Origin: an uncultured delta proteobacterium
GTDB lineage: Bacteria > Myxococcota_A > Polyangia > Polyangiales > Polyangiaceae
Assembly: GCA_963782055.1 (NCBI GenBank)
Contig: CAWAIF010000002.1
Span: 384,001 to 448,000 of the forward strand
Length of the DNA: 64,000 nt
Direction of reading: 5' to 3'
Below the pieces are notes generated by a model that searched no databases, was not told the DNA's origin, and worked only from the letters and a program-made list of their open reading frames with translations. The position numbers were made by a program, and so were the translations under genes. This document shows positions 10,324 to 19,512 of the stretch, piece after piece; positions within the stretch are counted from its first letter, which is position 1; each line of letters starts with the position of its first letter.

Positions 10324-11289
10324 ATGCGCGCGTTTCTCCTCGACGACGGCGTGATCCGCCAGACGAGCGATGTCGGCGAGATACGCGCCGCCGCGGAGGC
10401 GAAGCGGCGAATGTGGGTCGACCTGGAGACGCAGACTCCGGAGGCCGAGGCGCTCCTCTCCGAGGTCTTCGCGCTGCACCCCGTCACGGTCGAGGACGTG
10501 TGGACCGACCGGCCCGGTCCGAAGGTGGACGAGTTCCCCGACTACCTCTACGTCTGCGCCCACGCCCTGCGACGCGAGGGCGACGAGCTGGTCCCCTGCG
10601 AGCTGGATCTGGTGGTGGGCGCGACCTTCGTCCTCACGCACGACCCGACGGGGATGACGACCGGCCCGGTGCGCGAGGACCTCGCGCGCTCGCCTCGCCT
10701 TCTGGCGCGCGGAACGGCGTGGGTCGCCCACGCCGTGCTCGACAAGCTCGTCGACGCGTACCTCCCGATCATCGACGCCTTCGACGACGAGGTCGGCACG
10801 CTGGAGGACGACGTCCTGGCCAAGTCCGGGACGCCGGAGGGTGGCCCGGTGCTCGGGCGGATCCTCTCGCTGAAGCGATCCCTGCAGGCGCTGCGTCGCG
10901 TCTCGGTGCACCAGCGCGAGCTGCTGCTGCGGCTCTCCCGCGGCGAGTTCGACACCTTCCCCACCGAGCTGCTCCCGTACCTGCGAGACGTCCACGACCA
11001 CTTCGTGCGGGTCGGCGACCTCGCCGAGAGCTACCGCGATCTGGTGACGAGCGCGCTGGACGCGTTCCTGAGCGTGCAGTCCAACCGGATGAACGACGTG
11101 ATGAAGACGCTCACCTTGATCTCCACGGTGATGCTGCCGCTGACCTTCGTTGCCGGTCTCTACGGCATGAACTTCGAGCACATGCCGGAGCTCCACTGGG
11201 AGCTGGGGTACCCCTTCGCGCTCGGGTTGATGGCGCTGATCGCGCTGGGAGCCTTCTTCTGGTTCCGGCACAAGCGCTGGATCGGCTGA
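10324..11289 (+). CDS. corA: Magnesium/cobalt transporter CorA
   Basis: YGMNF signature and MPEL loop. Confidence 0.92.
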   Translation: MRAFLLDDGVIRQTSDVGEIRAAAEAKRRMWVDLETQTPEAEALLSEVFALHPVTVEDVWTDRPGPKVDEFPDYLYVCAHALRREGDELVPCELDLVVGATFVLTHDPTGMTTGPVREDLARSPRLLARGTAWVAHAVLDKLVDAYLPIIDAFDDEVGTLEDDVLAKSGTPEGGPVLGRILSLKRSLQALRRVSVHQRELLLRLSRGEFDTFPTELLPYLRDVHDHFVRVGDLAESYRDLVTSALDAFLSVQSNRMNDVMKTLTLISTVMLPLTFVAGLYGMNFEHMPELHWELGYPFALGLMALIALGAFFWFRHKRWIG

Positions 11290-11310
11290 CGCGCAACGCG
11301 CGGCGCGCTG

Positions 11311-12366
11311 CTACGCGCGCGCCCCGGGCATCTCCTTGATGTAGACGTCGCGCTTCGGGTACGGGATCTCGATGCCGGCGCGCGCGAACTCCTTGTAGAC
11401 GCGGCAGTTGAGGCGGTCGACCAGGATGCCGCGCTTGTGCGGCTCCTGCAGCCAAACGAGCAGCTCGAAGTCCAGGCCGGAGTCGCCGAAGTCCCGGAAG
11501 CGCACCTCCGGCAGCGGCTCCTTGCACACGTCCTCCACGCCCTCGGCCGCGCCCTGCAGCACCTTGCGGACCACGTCGATGTCGGAGCCGTAGGCGCACG
11601 ACACCTTGACCCGGACGCGCTGCTTGACCGACGGTCCGCCCGCCTCGTTGACGATCTTGGAGCCGCCGATGACGGCGTTCGGGACGGTGATCTCGATGTC
11701 GTCCATCGTCAGGATGCGCGTCGAGCGGATGCCGATGCGCGTCACCTGCCCACGCAGCTCGCCGTCCAGGACGATCCAGTCCCCCACCTTGTACGGCGCA
11801 TCGGCCAGGATGAAGATGCCGGAGAAGAAGTTCGCCAGCGTGTCCTTGGCGGCGAAGCCCACCGCGATGCCGACGATGCCGGCGGAGGCGAGCCACGCGG
11901 TGACGTCGATGTGCCAGGCGAGGAAGGTGAAGTAGACCGCGGCGCCCACCACGGCGATGCGGCTCACCATCTCGAACGCGGCCAGGGTGCGCGGCTGCAC
12001 CACCGACGACTCGTGCGCGCGCCGGCTGAGCGTCTCCAGCACCGCGGTCGCGACCTTGAAGGCGCCCGAGGTCCAGACGAAGACCGCGATGGTCTTGAGC
12101 ACGGCCTCCGTCACGTTCATCGGCTTGGCGGGGAGGGCCAGGGTGCCCGCCGCCCAGTCGAGCCCGACGAGCATGACGCTGACGAAGACCGGACGCCGCA
12201 GGGCGGCGACGATGCGATCATCCAGGTCGGAGACGGTCTTGCGGGCCAGCGCCATGAAGGTGGCGCGGATGAAGAGCTCGGCGAGGTACGCCGCCAGCAC
12301 GGACCCGACCGCGATGGCCGCCGCGCGCACCGCGCGCTGCTCCAGGAGGTGGTGCAGGAATTCCAC
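11311..12366 (-). CDS. Small-conductance mechanosensitive channel (MscS family)
   Basis: GIAVGFAAKDTLANFFSG, PYKVGDWI, IEIPYP. Confidence 0.9.
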   Translation of the reverse strand: MEFLHHLLEQRAVRAAAIAVGSVLAAYLAELFIRATFMALARKTVSDLDDRIVAALRRPVFVSVMLVGLDWAAGTLALPAKPMNVTEAVLKTIAVFVWTSGAFKVATAVLETLSRRAHESSVVQPRTLAAFEMVSRIAVVGAAVYFTFLAWHIDVTAWLASAGIVGIAVGFAAKDTLANFFSGIFILADAPYKVGDWIVLDGELRGQVTRIGIRSTRILTMDDIEITVPNAVIGGSKIVNEAGGPSVKQRVRVKVSCAYGSDIDVVRKVLQGAAEGVEDVCKEPLPEVRFRDFGDSGLDFELLVWLQEPHKRGILVDRLNCRVYKEFARAGIEIPYPKRDVYIKEMPGARA

Positions 12367-12453
12367 GGCGGCAACCTACCATGCAGGCGCCTGCGGGGTC
12401 AGCTCGCGCCGGGCACAGAGAGCCGGCGCCGCGGAGAGGCGGCGAACCGTGAG

Positions 12454-12490
12454 ATAAAGTCATTGACACTCTAAAAAGAGTACCTAGACT
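12454..12490 (+). promoter_or_regulatory. Sigma70-type promoter (TTGACA-N16-TAGACT) overlapped by a GT-N7-AC palindromic operator
   Basis: AT-rich island; TTGACA 12463-12468, TAGACT 12485-12490; ATAAA-GT-CATTGAC-AC-TCTAA 12454-12474. Confidence 0.65.
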
Positions 12491-12497
12491 TTTTCTT

Positions 12498-13682
12498 GTG
12501 GACGCGACCGATTCCCCGCTCTTCAATCTCGCCGCTCGGGTGACCCGCGCCGCGGTGCCGGAGGACCTCTTCGGGCCCCTCGCGGGGGAGGCCGGCGCCC
12601 GCCGGCGCGCGCTCGCGTCGCAGTACAGGCGGCTCGCCGCGCGGCTTCACCCGGATCGGTACCGCGATCCCGCCTGCGCCCGGGTGGCGAGGGAGGCGTT
12701 CCTCAGGCTGGCGGAGCTGCTGAGCGCGGCGGAGGCCAAGCTCGGCGCCGGCACCTACGGCGACAGGACCGCCGCCCCATCGCCCGTCGTCCTGTGCGCC
12801 GGCTCGCGGAGCTACCGCGTGGGGCCGCGCGTCGCGCGGGGCGACCTGTGCGACGTCTACGCGAGCCACGGAAGTGCCGGCGCGCCCCTCGTTCTCAAGG
12901 TGCTCGGCCGCCCGAGCGACGCCGACCTCGCCCTGAACGAGTCCCGCGTTCTCGGCCGCCTCGCCCCGGCCGGCACGCCGGACCGCCGGTTTCACCGTTA
13001 CCTCCCGCGCCTCGTGGACTCCTTCGTGCTGCGCGGCGCGTCCGGGGGGGAGCGGCGCGTCAACGTGCTGCCGCACTTCGCCGATCACGTCTCGCTGGAG
13101 GAGGTGCTCGCGGCGCACCCCGCCGGCCTCGACCTCCGCGACGTCGCGTGGATGCTCAAGCGCCTGCTCGCCGGGCTCGGCTTCGTCCATCGCCGTGGCT
13201 TCGTGCACGGCGCGGTGGTGCCGCCGCACGTGCTCGTCCACCCCGTGGAACACGGCGCGCGCCTCGTCGACTTCTGCTACGCGGTGGACACCGGGACGCG
13301 CATCGCCGCGCTCAGCCCGGCGTGGCGCGCCTTCTACCCGCCGGAGGTCACGGCGAAGCAGCCTGCCACCCCCGCCACCGACATCGCCATGGCCGCGGCG
13401 TGTGCGGTGGCCCTGCTCGGCGGTGACGTGACGGCGCGCACCGTGCCCTCGCGCGTCCCCGCGCCGCTCGCCACCTTCCTCCGCTGCTGCCTCGCGCCGA
13501 GCCCGGCGCGCCGCCCGGACGACGCGTGGCAGCTCCACGAAGAGCTCGACGAGCTGCTCCTGCGCCTCGTCGGCGAGCCCCGCTACAGACCGCTCGCGAT
13601 GCCCTCGCGAGCCCGAAAGGAGACCGAGCCATGGGAAGCAGCCGATGGAGTGACGACTTTTACCGCGACCGCGAGCACCTGA
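12498..13682 (+). CDS. J-domain (HPD) fused to kinase-like domain, probable pseudokinase
   Basis: YRRLAARLHPD; VLKV lysine; HGAVVPPH in place of HRDLKPxN; DFC in place of DFG. Confidence 0.8.
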   Translation: MDATDSPLFNLAARVTRAAVPEDLFGPLAGEAGARRRALASQYRRLAARLHPDRYRDPACARVAREAFLRLAELLSAAEAKLGAGTYGDRTAAPSPVVLCAGSRSYRVGPRVARGDLCDVYASHGSAGAPLVLKVLGRPSDADLALNESRVLGRLAPAGTPDRRFHRYLPRLVDSFVLRGASGGERRVNVLPHFADHVSLEEVLAAHPAGLDLRDVAWMLKRLLAGLGFVHRRGFVHGAVVPPHVLVHPVEHGARLVDFCYAVDTGTRIAALSPAWRAFYPPEVTAKQPATPATDIAMAAACAVALLGGDVTARTVPSRVPAPLATFLRCCLAPSPARRPDDAWQLHEELDELLLRLVGEPRYRPLAMPSRARKETEPWEAADGVTTFTATAST

Positions 13683-14623
13683 GGAAGAGGACGGGCGCGC
13701 CGGCCTTCGCCCACGACCACGCGGTGCGCACCGGCAAGGCCCGCCGCGCGGTGCACCCCAAGATGGACCCGCGCAACGTCACGCGCGAGTCGCGCGACTC
13801 CGCCGCGCACCCGCAGTCGGTGGCGGTGGGCGTCGTCTTCGACGTGACCGGCTCGATGGGCGGCATCCCGGTCATGCTGCAGAAGAAGCTGCCGCAGCTC
13901 CTCGGGCTGCTGCTCCGCAAGGGCTACGTCACCGACCCGCAGATCCTCTTCGGCGCGGTGGGAGACTTCTTCGCCGACAGCGTGCCGCTGCAGATCGGCC
14001 AGTTCGAGAGCGGCATCGAGATGGACGACGACCTCGGCCGCCTGTACCTGGAGGGCGGTGGCGGCGGCTCGTACGAGGAGAGCTACCAGGACGCCCTGTA
14101 CTTCTTCGCGCGGCACACGGTGATCGACTGCTTCGAGAAGCGCAAGAAGAAGGGCTACCTCTTCGTCATCGGCGACGAGATGCCGTACGGCGTGGCCACG
14201 CGGAAGGAGCTCCGGCGCGTGGTCGGCGACGACGTGCCGGAGGACCTCTCTGTCGAGGACGTCATCCGGGAGGCGCGCGCCCGCTACCACGTCTTCTTCG
14301 TCATCCCGCGCGGCGCGAGCCACGGCGCCGACCCCGCGCTCCGCAAGCGCTGGACCGAGCTGCTCGGCGCCGAGAACGTCCTGATGCTCGACGACCCTGG
14401 CGCCGTCTGCGAGACCATCGGCGTGGCGATCGGCCTGGTGGAGGGCACGGTCATGCGCGACGGCATCGACGCCGACCTCGCCGACACCGGCGCGGACGAC
14501 GCCACCGCGCTCGCGGTGATCTCGGCGCTGGACCCGCTGGCCCGCAAGACGGCGCTCGCGCGTGTGGGGACGGGCTCCATCCCGGAGCGGCCCGCCGGCT
14601 CCTCCCGCGTCGAGCGGCTCTGA
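13631..14623 (+). CDS. vWA-domain protein
   Basis: MIDAS DVTGSM, GGGG..ESY, IGDE; RBS GAAAGGAG upstream. Confidence 0.85.
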   Translation: MGSSRWSDDFYRDREHLRKRTGAPAFAHDHAVRTGKARRAVHPKMDPRNVTRESRDSAAHPQSVAVGVVFDVTGSMGGIPVMLQKKLPQLLGLLLRKGYVTDPQILFGAVGDFFADSVPLQIGQFESGIEMDDDLGRLYLEGGGGGSYEESYQDALYFFARHTVIDCFEKRKKKGYLFVIGDEMPYGVATRKELRRVVGDDVPEDLSVEDVIREARARYHVFFVIPRGASHGADPALRKRWTELLGAENVLMLDDPGAVCETIGVAIGLVEGTVMRDGIDADLADTGADDATALAVISALDPLARKTALARVGTGSIPERPAGSSRVERL

Positions 14624-14642
14624 GCGCCGGAGTGGTGGCGCG

Positions 14643-16063
14643 ATGGTGAAGGTCACGCTGGTCGCCGGGCTCGGCTTCGGCGACGAGGGCAAGGGCACGA
14701 CGGTCGACTACCTCGCCCGGCGCGAGCCGGCGTCGCTCGTCGTCCGCTACAACGGGGGCGCGCAGGCCGCGCACAACGTGGTGGCGGGCGGCGTGCACCA
14801 CACCTTCTCGCAGCTCGGGAGCGGGACCTTCGCCGGCGCCGCGACGCTCCTCTCGCGGCACGTGCTGATCAACCCGGTGGCGCTGCTCGCGGAGGCGGCG
14901 CACCTCCGCGCGCTCGGCGTCGCGCGCCCGCTCTCCCGCGTCTTCGTCGAGGGCGAGGCGCTCGTCACCACGCCGTTCCACGTCGCCGCCAACCGCCTGC
15001 GGGAGAGCGCCCGCAGCCGCCGCCACGGGAGCTGCGGGATGGGCATCGGCGAGACCACCCAGGACGCGATCGAGGCGCCGGAGCAGGCGCTGCGCGTCGC
15101 CGACCTGGCGCGGCCCGGCGTGGCCCGCGCCAAGCTCCACGCGGTGCGCGCCCGCAAGCTGGCCCTCACCAGAGACCTGCGCCCCACCCTGCCGGCGACG
15201 CCGGCGGTCGGGCGGGAGCTCGCCCTCATCGAGGACGAGCGGAGCGTCGCGCTGTGCCTCGAGCGCTTCGCCGCGTTCCGCCGCGGCGTGCACGTCGTCG
15301 ACGTCTCGCTCCTGGGCGAGGCGCTGCGCGGCGACGCTCACGTCGTGTTCGAGGGCGCCCAGGGTGTGCTGCTCGACCAGGACTACGGCTTCCAGCCGCA
15401 CACCACCTGGACCGACATCACCTTCGCCAACGCGCGAGAGCTCCTCGCCCGCGCGGGCTTCGCCGGTCCGGTCGAGCGGCTCGGCGTGCTGCGCGGATAC
15501 ATGACCCGCCACGGCGCCGGCCCCTTCGTCACCGGGGACCCCGCCATGGCCCGCCTCTCCGCCCACGATCACAACGCGACCGGCGAGTGGCAGGGCGGCC
15601 TGCGCAGCGGCGCCCTCGACCTCGTCGCTGTCGCCTACGCCGTGGAGGTGCTGGGGGGATCGACGGCCTGGTGGTGACCAACCTGGACCGCCTCTCCCTG
15701 TTGCCCGCGGTCTCGCTCGCCGTGGCGTACGAGGGGCCCGTCCACCCGCAGCTCTTCCAGATGAACGGCGGCCGCGCCACGGCCATCCGCGTGCGCCGGC
15801 CGTGCGATCTGGATCACCAGGCGCGGCTCGCCCGCGCCCTCTTCGATCTCGCCCCGGTGATGGAGAAACGCGACGCGTGGGAGCCCCCGCTGCGCTTCGC
15901 CGAGGAGATCGCCGCCCGCCTGGGCGCGCCGCTCCGTGTCGCGTCCTTCGGTCCGTCCGCCGAGGACAAGCGGCCGGGGCTCACTCCGGGCCGCCCCTCG
16001 CGTGCCCGGCGAAGAAGCGCGCGTACAGCGCCAGGTACGCCGCCTGCAACGCCGCCGCGATGA
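14643..16063 (+). CDS. Adenylosuccinate synthetase-like (PurA paralog); one-base frameshift near 15655
   Basis: GLGFGDEGKG, RYNGGAQAAH, FEGAQGVLLD, TRHGAGPF; C-terminus (IDGLVVTNLD..SFGP) continues in another frame after a G run. Confidence 0.8.
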
Positions 16064-17186
16064 AGAAGGGTGCCCGCAGCATACCGGCGTGCAGCATCAG
16101 CGCGGCGACGAGCGGGCCCACTGCCCGCGGGATCTGGATGGAGACGTTCTGCACGCTCGCCGCGAGGCCGCGCCTGTCGCGCGTGAGGCCGATGACCAGC
16201 GCCTGCCGCACGCCGGCGGTGCCCTGGTTGAAGCCGGCGCGCACCGCGTAGAGCCCCGCGGCGACGGCGAAGGCGGGGACCAGCGGCACCAGCACGAGCA
16301 GGACCAGCCCCACGCCGCGCATCACCACGACGGGCCGGATGAGGCCGTAGGTGCGCGCCAGGCGCGCGGCGACCAGCGACCCCAGCGCCCCGAAGACGAA
16401 GCTCGCCGCCAGCGCCGGGCCGATGGACCCAGGACCGTGACCGAAGCGCAGCGCCATCCAGTACGCGATGAGCGGCGCGATCATCCCGATGCCGAGCCCG
16501 TTGAGCGTGTTGACGATCACCAGCCGCGCGAGGAGTCGGTTCTCGGTGCTCCTCTCCGCCGCCGCGCCGTCCGCGGCCGACCCTGGCGGCGCGCCTCCGG
16601 GCTCGGCGAGGCTGGCCACGAGGGCAAAGGCGGCGACGGACCCGGCGAGGGAGAGCGCGAAGAGGGGACGGTAGGCGAGGACTGGCCCGAGGGGACGGAT
16701 GAGGAAGTGCACGCCGCCGGCGATGACGGCGCCCGAGGCCATCCCGACGAAGCCGATGGCGATGTTGGTGCTGAAGACGATCCCCCGGCGGGCCGGCGCG
16801 ACCGCCTGCGCGAGCCACGCCTGCTCCAGCGGACTGAAGGGCCCCGCGCTCCCGTTGGCGCCGCGCCCGAAGCCCCCGATGACGGCCCCGGCGACCAGGG
16901 CGGGCGGCCAGGCGGTGACCAGCGCGAGCAGCGCCGCGCCGGCCTGCAGAGCCTCGTAGACGAGCAGGAAGCGGCGGCGGCCTCGCCGGTCGCTGAGGGG
17001 CCCCACGACCATGGTGAGCACGGCCCCGACGAGCAACGCGGCCGAGAGGGTGGCGCCGATCGCCGGGGCCGACCAGCCGAGCGCGCGCAGGTAGAGCGCG
17101 AACGCGGCCACGAGCGCGCCCTGCCCCACGCTGCGCGCCGCGCGCGCGGCCATGAGGCGCCTGACGGGCTTCGGCCAGGGATCCAC
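15981..17186 (-). CDS. MFS transporter
   Basis: GPLSDRRGRR motif A, about 12 hydrophobic segments. Confidence 0.88.
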   Translation of the reverse strand: MDPWPKPVRRLMAARAARSVGQGALVAAFALYLRALGWSAPAIGATLSAALLVGAVLTMVVGPLSDRRGRRRFLLVYEALQAGAALLALVTAWPPALVAGAVIGGFGRGANGSAGPFSPLEQAWLAQAVAPARRGIVFSTNIAIGFVGMASGAVIAGGVHFLIRPLGPVLAYRPLFALSLAGSVAAFALVASLAEPGGAPPGSAADGAAAERSTENRLLARLVIVNTLNGLGIGMIAPLIAYWMALRFGHGPGSIGPALAASFVFGALGSLVAARLARTYGLIRPVVVMRGVGLVLLVLVPLVPAFAVAAGLYAVRAGFNQGTAGVRQALVIGLTRDRRGLAASVQNVSIQIPRAVGPLVAALMLHAGMLRAPFFIAAALQAAYLALYARFFAGHARGGPE

Positions 17187-17248
17187 GCCGAGGACTTAGC
17201 CGGCGTGGGTGCCGGCCGCGAGTCCGATCGTCCGTCGAGGGCTCCGCC

Positions 17249-18277
17249 TCAGTGGTGGTGGTGTCCCCCGCCGCCGAAGTGAACGTGCTCGTGCACGTCG
17301 AGGTGAACGTGTCCCGGCTCGTGCACCACCACACCCGGCGCGCCGACGACGATACCGGGCGCACCGACGACGACGCCCGGCGCGCCGACGACGACGCCGT
17401 GACCGTGGTGATGCCCGTGCAGCACGACCACGCCGTCCTCGTCCCACACCGGCTGGGCGACCACGAACACGTGGACGCGCGGCGCCTTGTGGCCCACGAC
17501 GACCACCTTGCCCGGCACCCAGCCGACGAGGCACGCGTGCGTCGCGCCGTGGACGTTCACCGCCACCGTGACGTGCACCGGGTCGACGCGCGTCCTGACG
17601 TGACCTACGACGAACCTGCCCTTCGGCGCGGGCGTGAGGACGACCACCTCCGGGTCGTGGCCCTCGAAGGCGAGCGTGATCTTGCGGTCGCCGGGGTCCA
17701 CGACGTGGTAGTCGGCGTCGAGCACGTACGCGCGCACCTCCCCGGTCTCCCGGTTGGCGACGACCTCCACCCGGTCCGGCCCGACCACCTGCACGACGCC
17801 GCCGTTCGGTCCCACCGTCTTGTCCTCGGGGATCGTCGTCTGCAGCTTCGCCGTCTCGACGAGGTCCTGCGTCCCCCCGCGGGGCACGTCGATGGCGCCG
17901 TCGATCGGCTTGCCGTCGGCGACGAGCGCATAGGTCACGTGGTTGAGATCCGCGTCCAGCTTCGGCCCGGTGGCGGTGAGCACGCCGGTCTTCTCGTTGT
18001 AAGTCGCCGGCACAGTCTTGGTCTTGCCGTCCTGCTCGAAGCTGACCTGACCCACCACGCCGGGCATGGGCTTGCCGTCCTCGCCGTGAAGGAGCGCGGA
18101 GACGCTGCCATCGGCGCCGATGATCCACGCGCCGGTGCCGTGATCATACTGCGTGGTGATCGCCGCAGCCGACTTCTCGATCTGGTCGGCGGTCACCATG
18201 GCCTTCTTGCAGCCGGTGCCGGCCAGCGAAGCGAGACCGATGAACCCGACCAGCGCCAGGGAGCGGAGCACGCGCAT
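17249..18277 (-). CDS. Hypothetical lipoprotein with VVGAPG repeats and His-rich C-terminus
   Basis: Lipobox GTGC; GGAGG RBS; His-rich tail. Confidence 0.7.
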   Translation of the reverse strand: MRVLRSLALVGFIGLASLAGTGCKKAMVTADQIEKSAAAITTQYDHGTGAWIIGADGSVSALLHGEDGKPMPGVVGQVSFEQDGKTKTVPATYNEKTGVLTATGPKLDADLNHVTYALVADGKPIDGAIDVPRGGTQDLVETAKLQTTIPEDKTVGPNGGVVQVVGPDRVEVVANRETGEVRAYVLDADYHVVDPGDRKITLAFEGHDPEVVVLTPAPKGRFVVGHVRTRVDPVHVTVAVNVHGATHACLVGWVPGKVVVVGHKAPRVHVFVVAQPVWDEDGVVVLHGHHHGHGVVVGAPGVVVGAPGIVVGAPGVVVHEPGHVHLDVHEHVHFGGGGHHHH

Positions 18278-18411
18278 GAATCACCTCCGGGGAAGATGCT
18301 ACCCCGTGTTGGACACGAAGCCCCGCACGCGCATTCAGCGGACCTCCGCGCACATCGTCGCACGCTGCTGCAGAGGGGAACCTCGCGCGTCGGCGGTTGT
18401 CCCCATTTTCC

Positions 18412-18894
18412 ATGGGTATCGCGGCTCGACGTGCCCTGCTGCGCCACGGCCTCTCTCTTGCACTGCTGACCAGTAGCTGCGCCGTGGCCCCGCCGCCGCC
18501 AGCCCACCTGGCGCCGTCCGCGCTCGTCGGCGCTCCGGCGATCGCGCCTCACGCCGTCGATGATGGCTGCGACGACGCGGTCGCGCCGCCGGTGAGCGCC
18601 GTCCTCCACCTCTCCGCGACGCAGACGACGCGCGCCCTGCGCCCGGCGTTCCACGCGGTGTGCGCGTGCACCCGGCCGGGGGAGGAGGTACGCGTCGTGG
18701 CGACCATCTCGCCGGAGGAAGGCCGGACCGTCGCGACGGTCGAAGACGCCCCCGCCATCGACGCGTGCGTCAAGGGCATGCCCTCGGGCCGCTTCGATCC
18801 GCTCGTGGTGGGTAGCGACTGCGTCGGCTGCGGCCGGCCGGGCGAGACGCGGATCCGCTTCCCCTTCCGGTTCGTCCACGGCGCACGACCCTGA
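18412..18894 (+). CDS. Hypothetical lipoprotein
   Basis: Lipobox TSSC; ends in a RFPFRF strand; start uncertain. Confidence 0.5.
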   Translation: MGIAARRALLRHGLSLALLTSSCAVAPPPPAHLAPSALVGAPAIAPHAVDDGCDDAVAPPVSAVLHLSATQTTRALRPAFHAVCACTRPGEEVRVVATISPEEGRTVATVEDAPAIDACVKGMPSGRFDPLVVGSDCVGCGRPGETRIRFPFRFVHGARP

Positions 18895-18927
18895 GCACGA
18901 CCGGGCCGTTCGGATTACCATCGGGGC

Positions 18928-19500
18928 ATGGCGAACCCGAACGCTGGCACCTACGACGTGATCGCGCTCCTCGGCCCGGACGGCGCGGGCAAGTCCACCC
19001 TCCTCCAGGACCTCGTGACCGCGCTCGCTGACCCGTCCGCCGCGCCGCGCGCCATCCAGGTCGCCGGGCACTCCGCCAACGTCCTGGACATCCAGGGTCA
19101 GCAACGCGTCTGCCAGGTCGCCGACTTCGCCGACGCCGAGACCGAGGCCGCGCTCCTCGGCTCGACGCGCTTCGCCGGGGCGATCCTCGTGGTGTCGAGC
19201 GCCGACTCGCTGATGCCCGGTCACAGGGCCAGCCTGGAGCGGGCCAGGCAGCTCGGCGTCCCGCTCCTCGCCGTCGCGCTCACGCACTGCGATCAGGTCG
19301 CTGACGAGGAGCTGCAGGACCTGGTGGAGATGGAGATCCGCGAGCTGGCGTCCAAGTACGGCTACCCTGGCGACACCCTGCCCATCGTCCACACCCGTGG
19401 CGCTGGTCGCGCGGAGCGCCCGCGCGAGGGCCGCGAGCCCACGCCGCGACAGTCGGGGAGCGTTGACGGCCTGCTGTCCGTCCTGCTCGGACGCGGGTAG
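18928..19500 (+). CDS. Truncated EF-Tu-like G-domain protein
   Basis: P-loop GPDGAGKST; GAILVVSSADSLMP and DEELQDLVEMEIRELASKYGYPGD closely follow EF-Tu domain I; no domains II/III. Confidence 0.8.
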   Translation: MANPNAGTYDVIALLGPDGAGKSTLLQDLVTALADPSAAPRAIQVAGHSANVLDIQGQQRVCQVADFADAETEAALLGSTRFAGAILVVSSADSLMPGHRASLERARQLGVPLLAVALTHCDQVADEELQDLVEMEIRELASKYGYPGDTLPIVHTRGAGRAERPREGREPTPRQSGSVDGLLSVLLGRG

Positions 19501-19512
19501 CGTACGGCGTCC

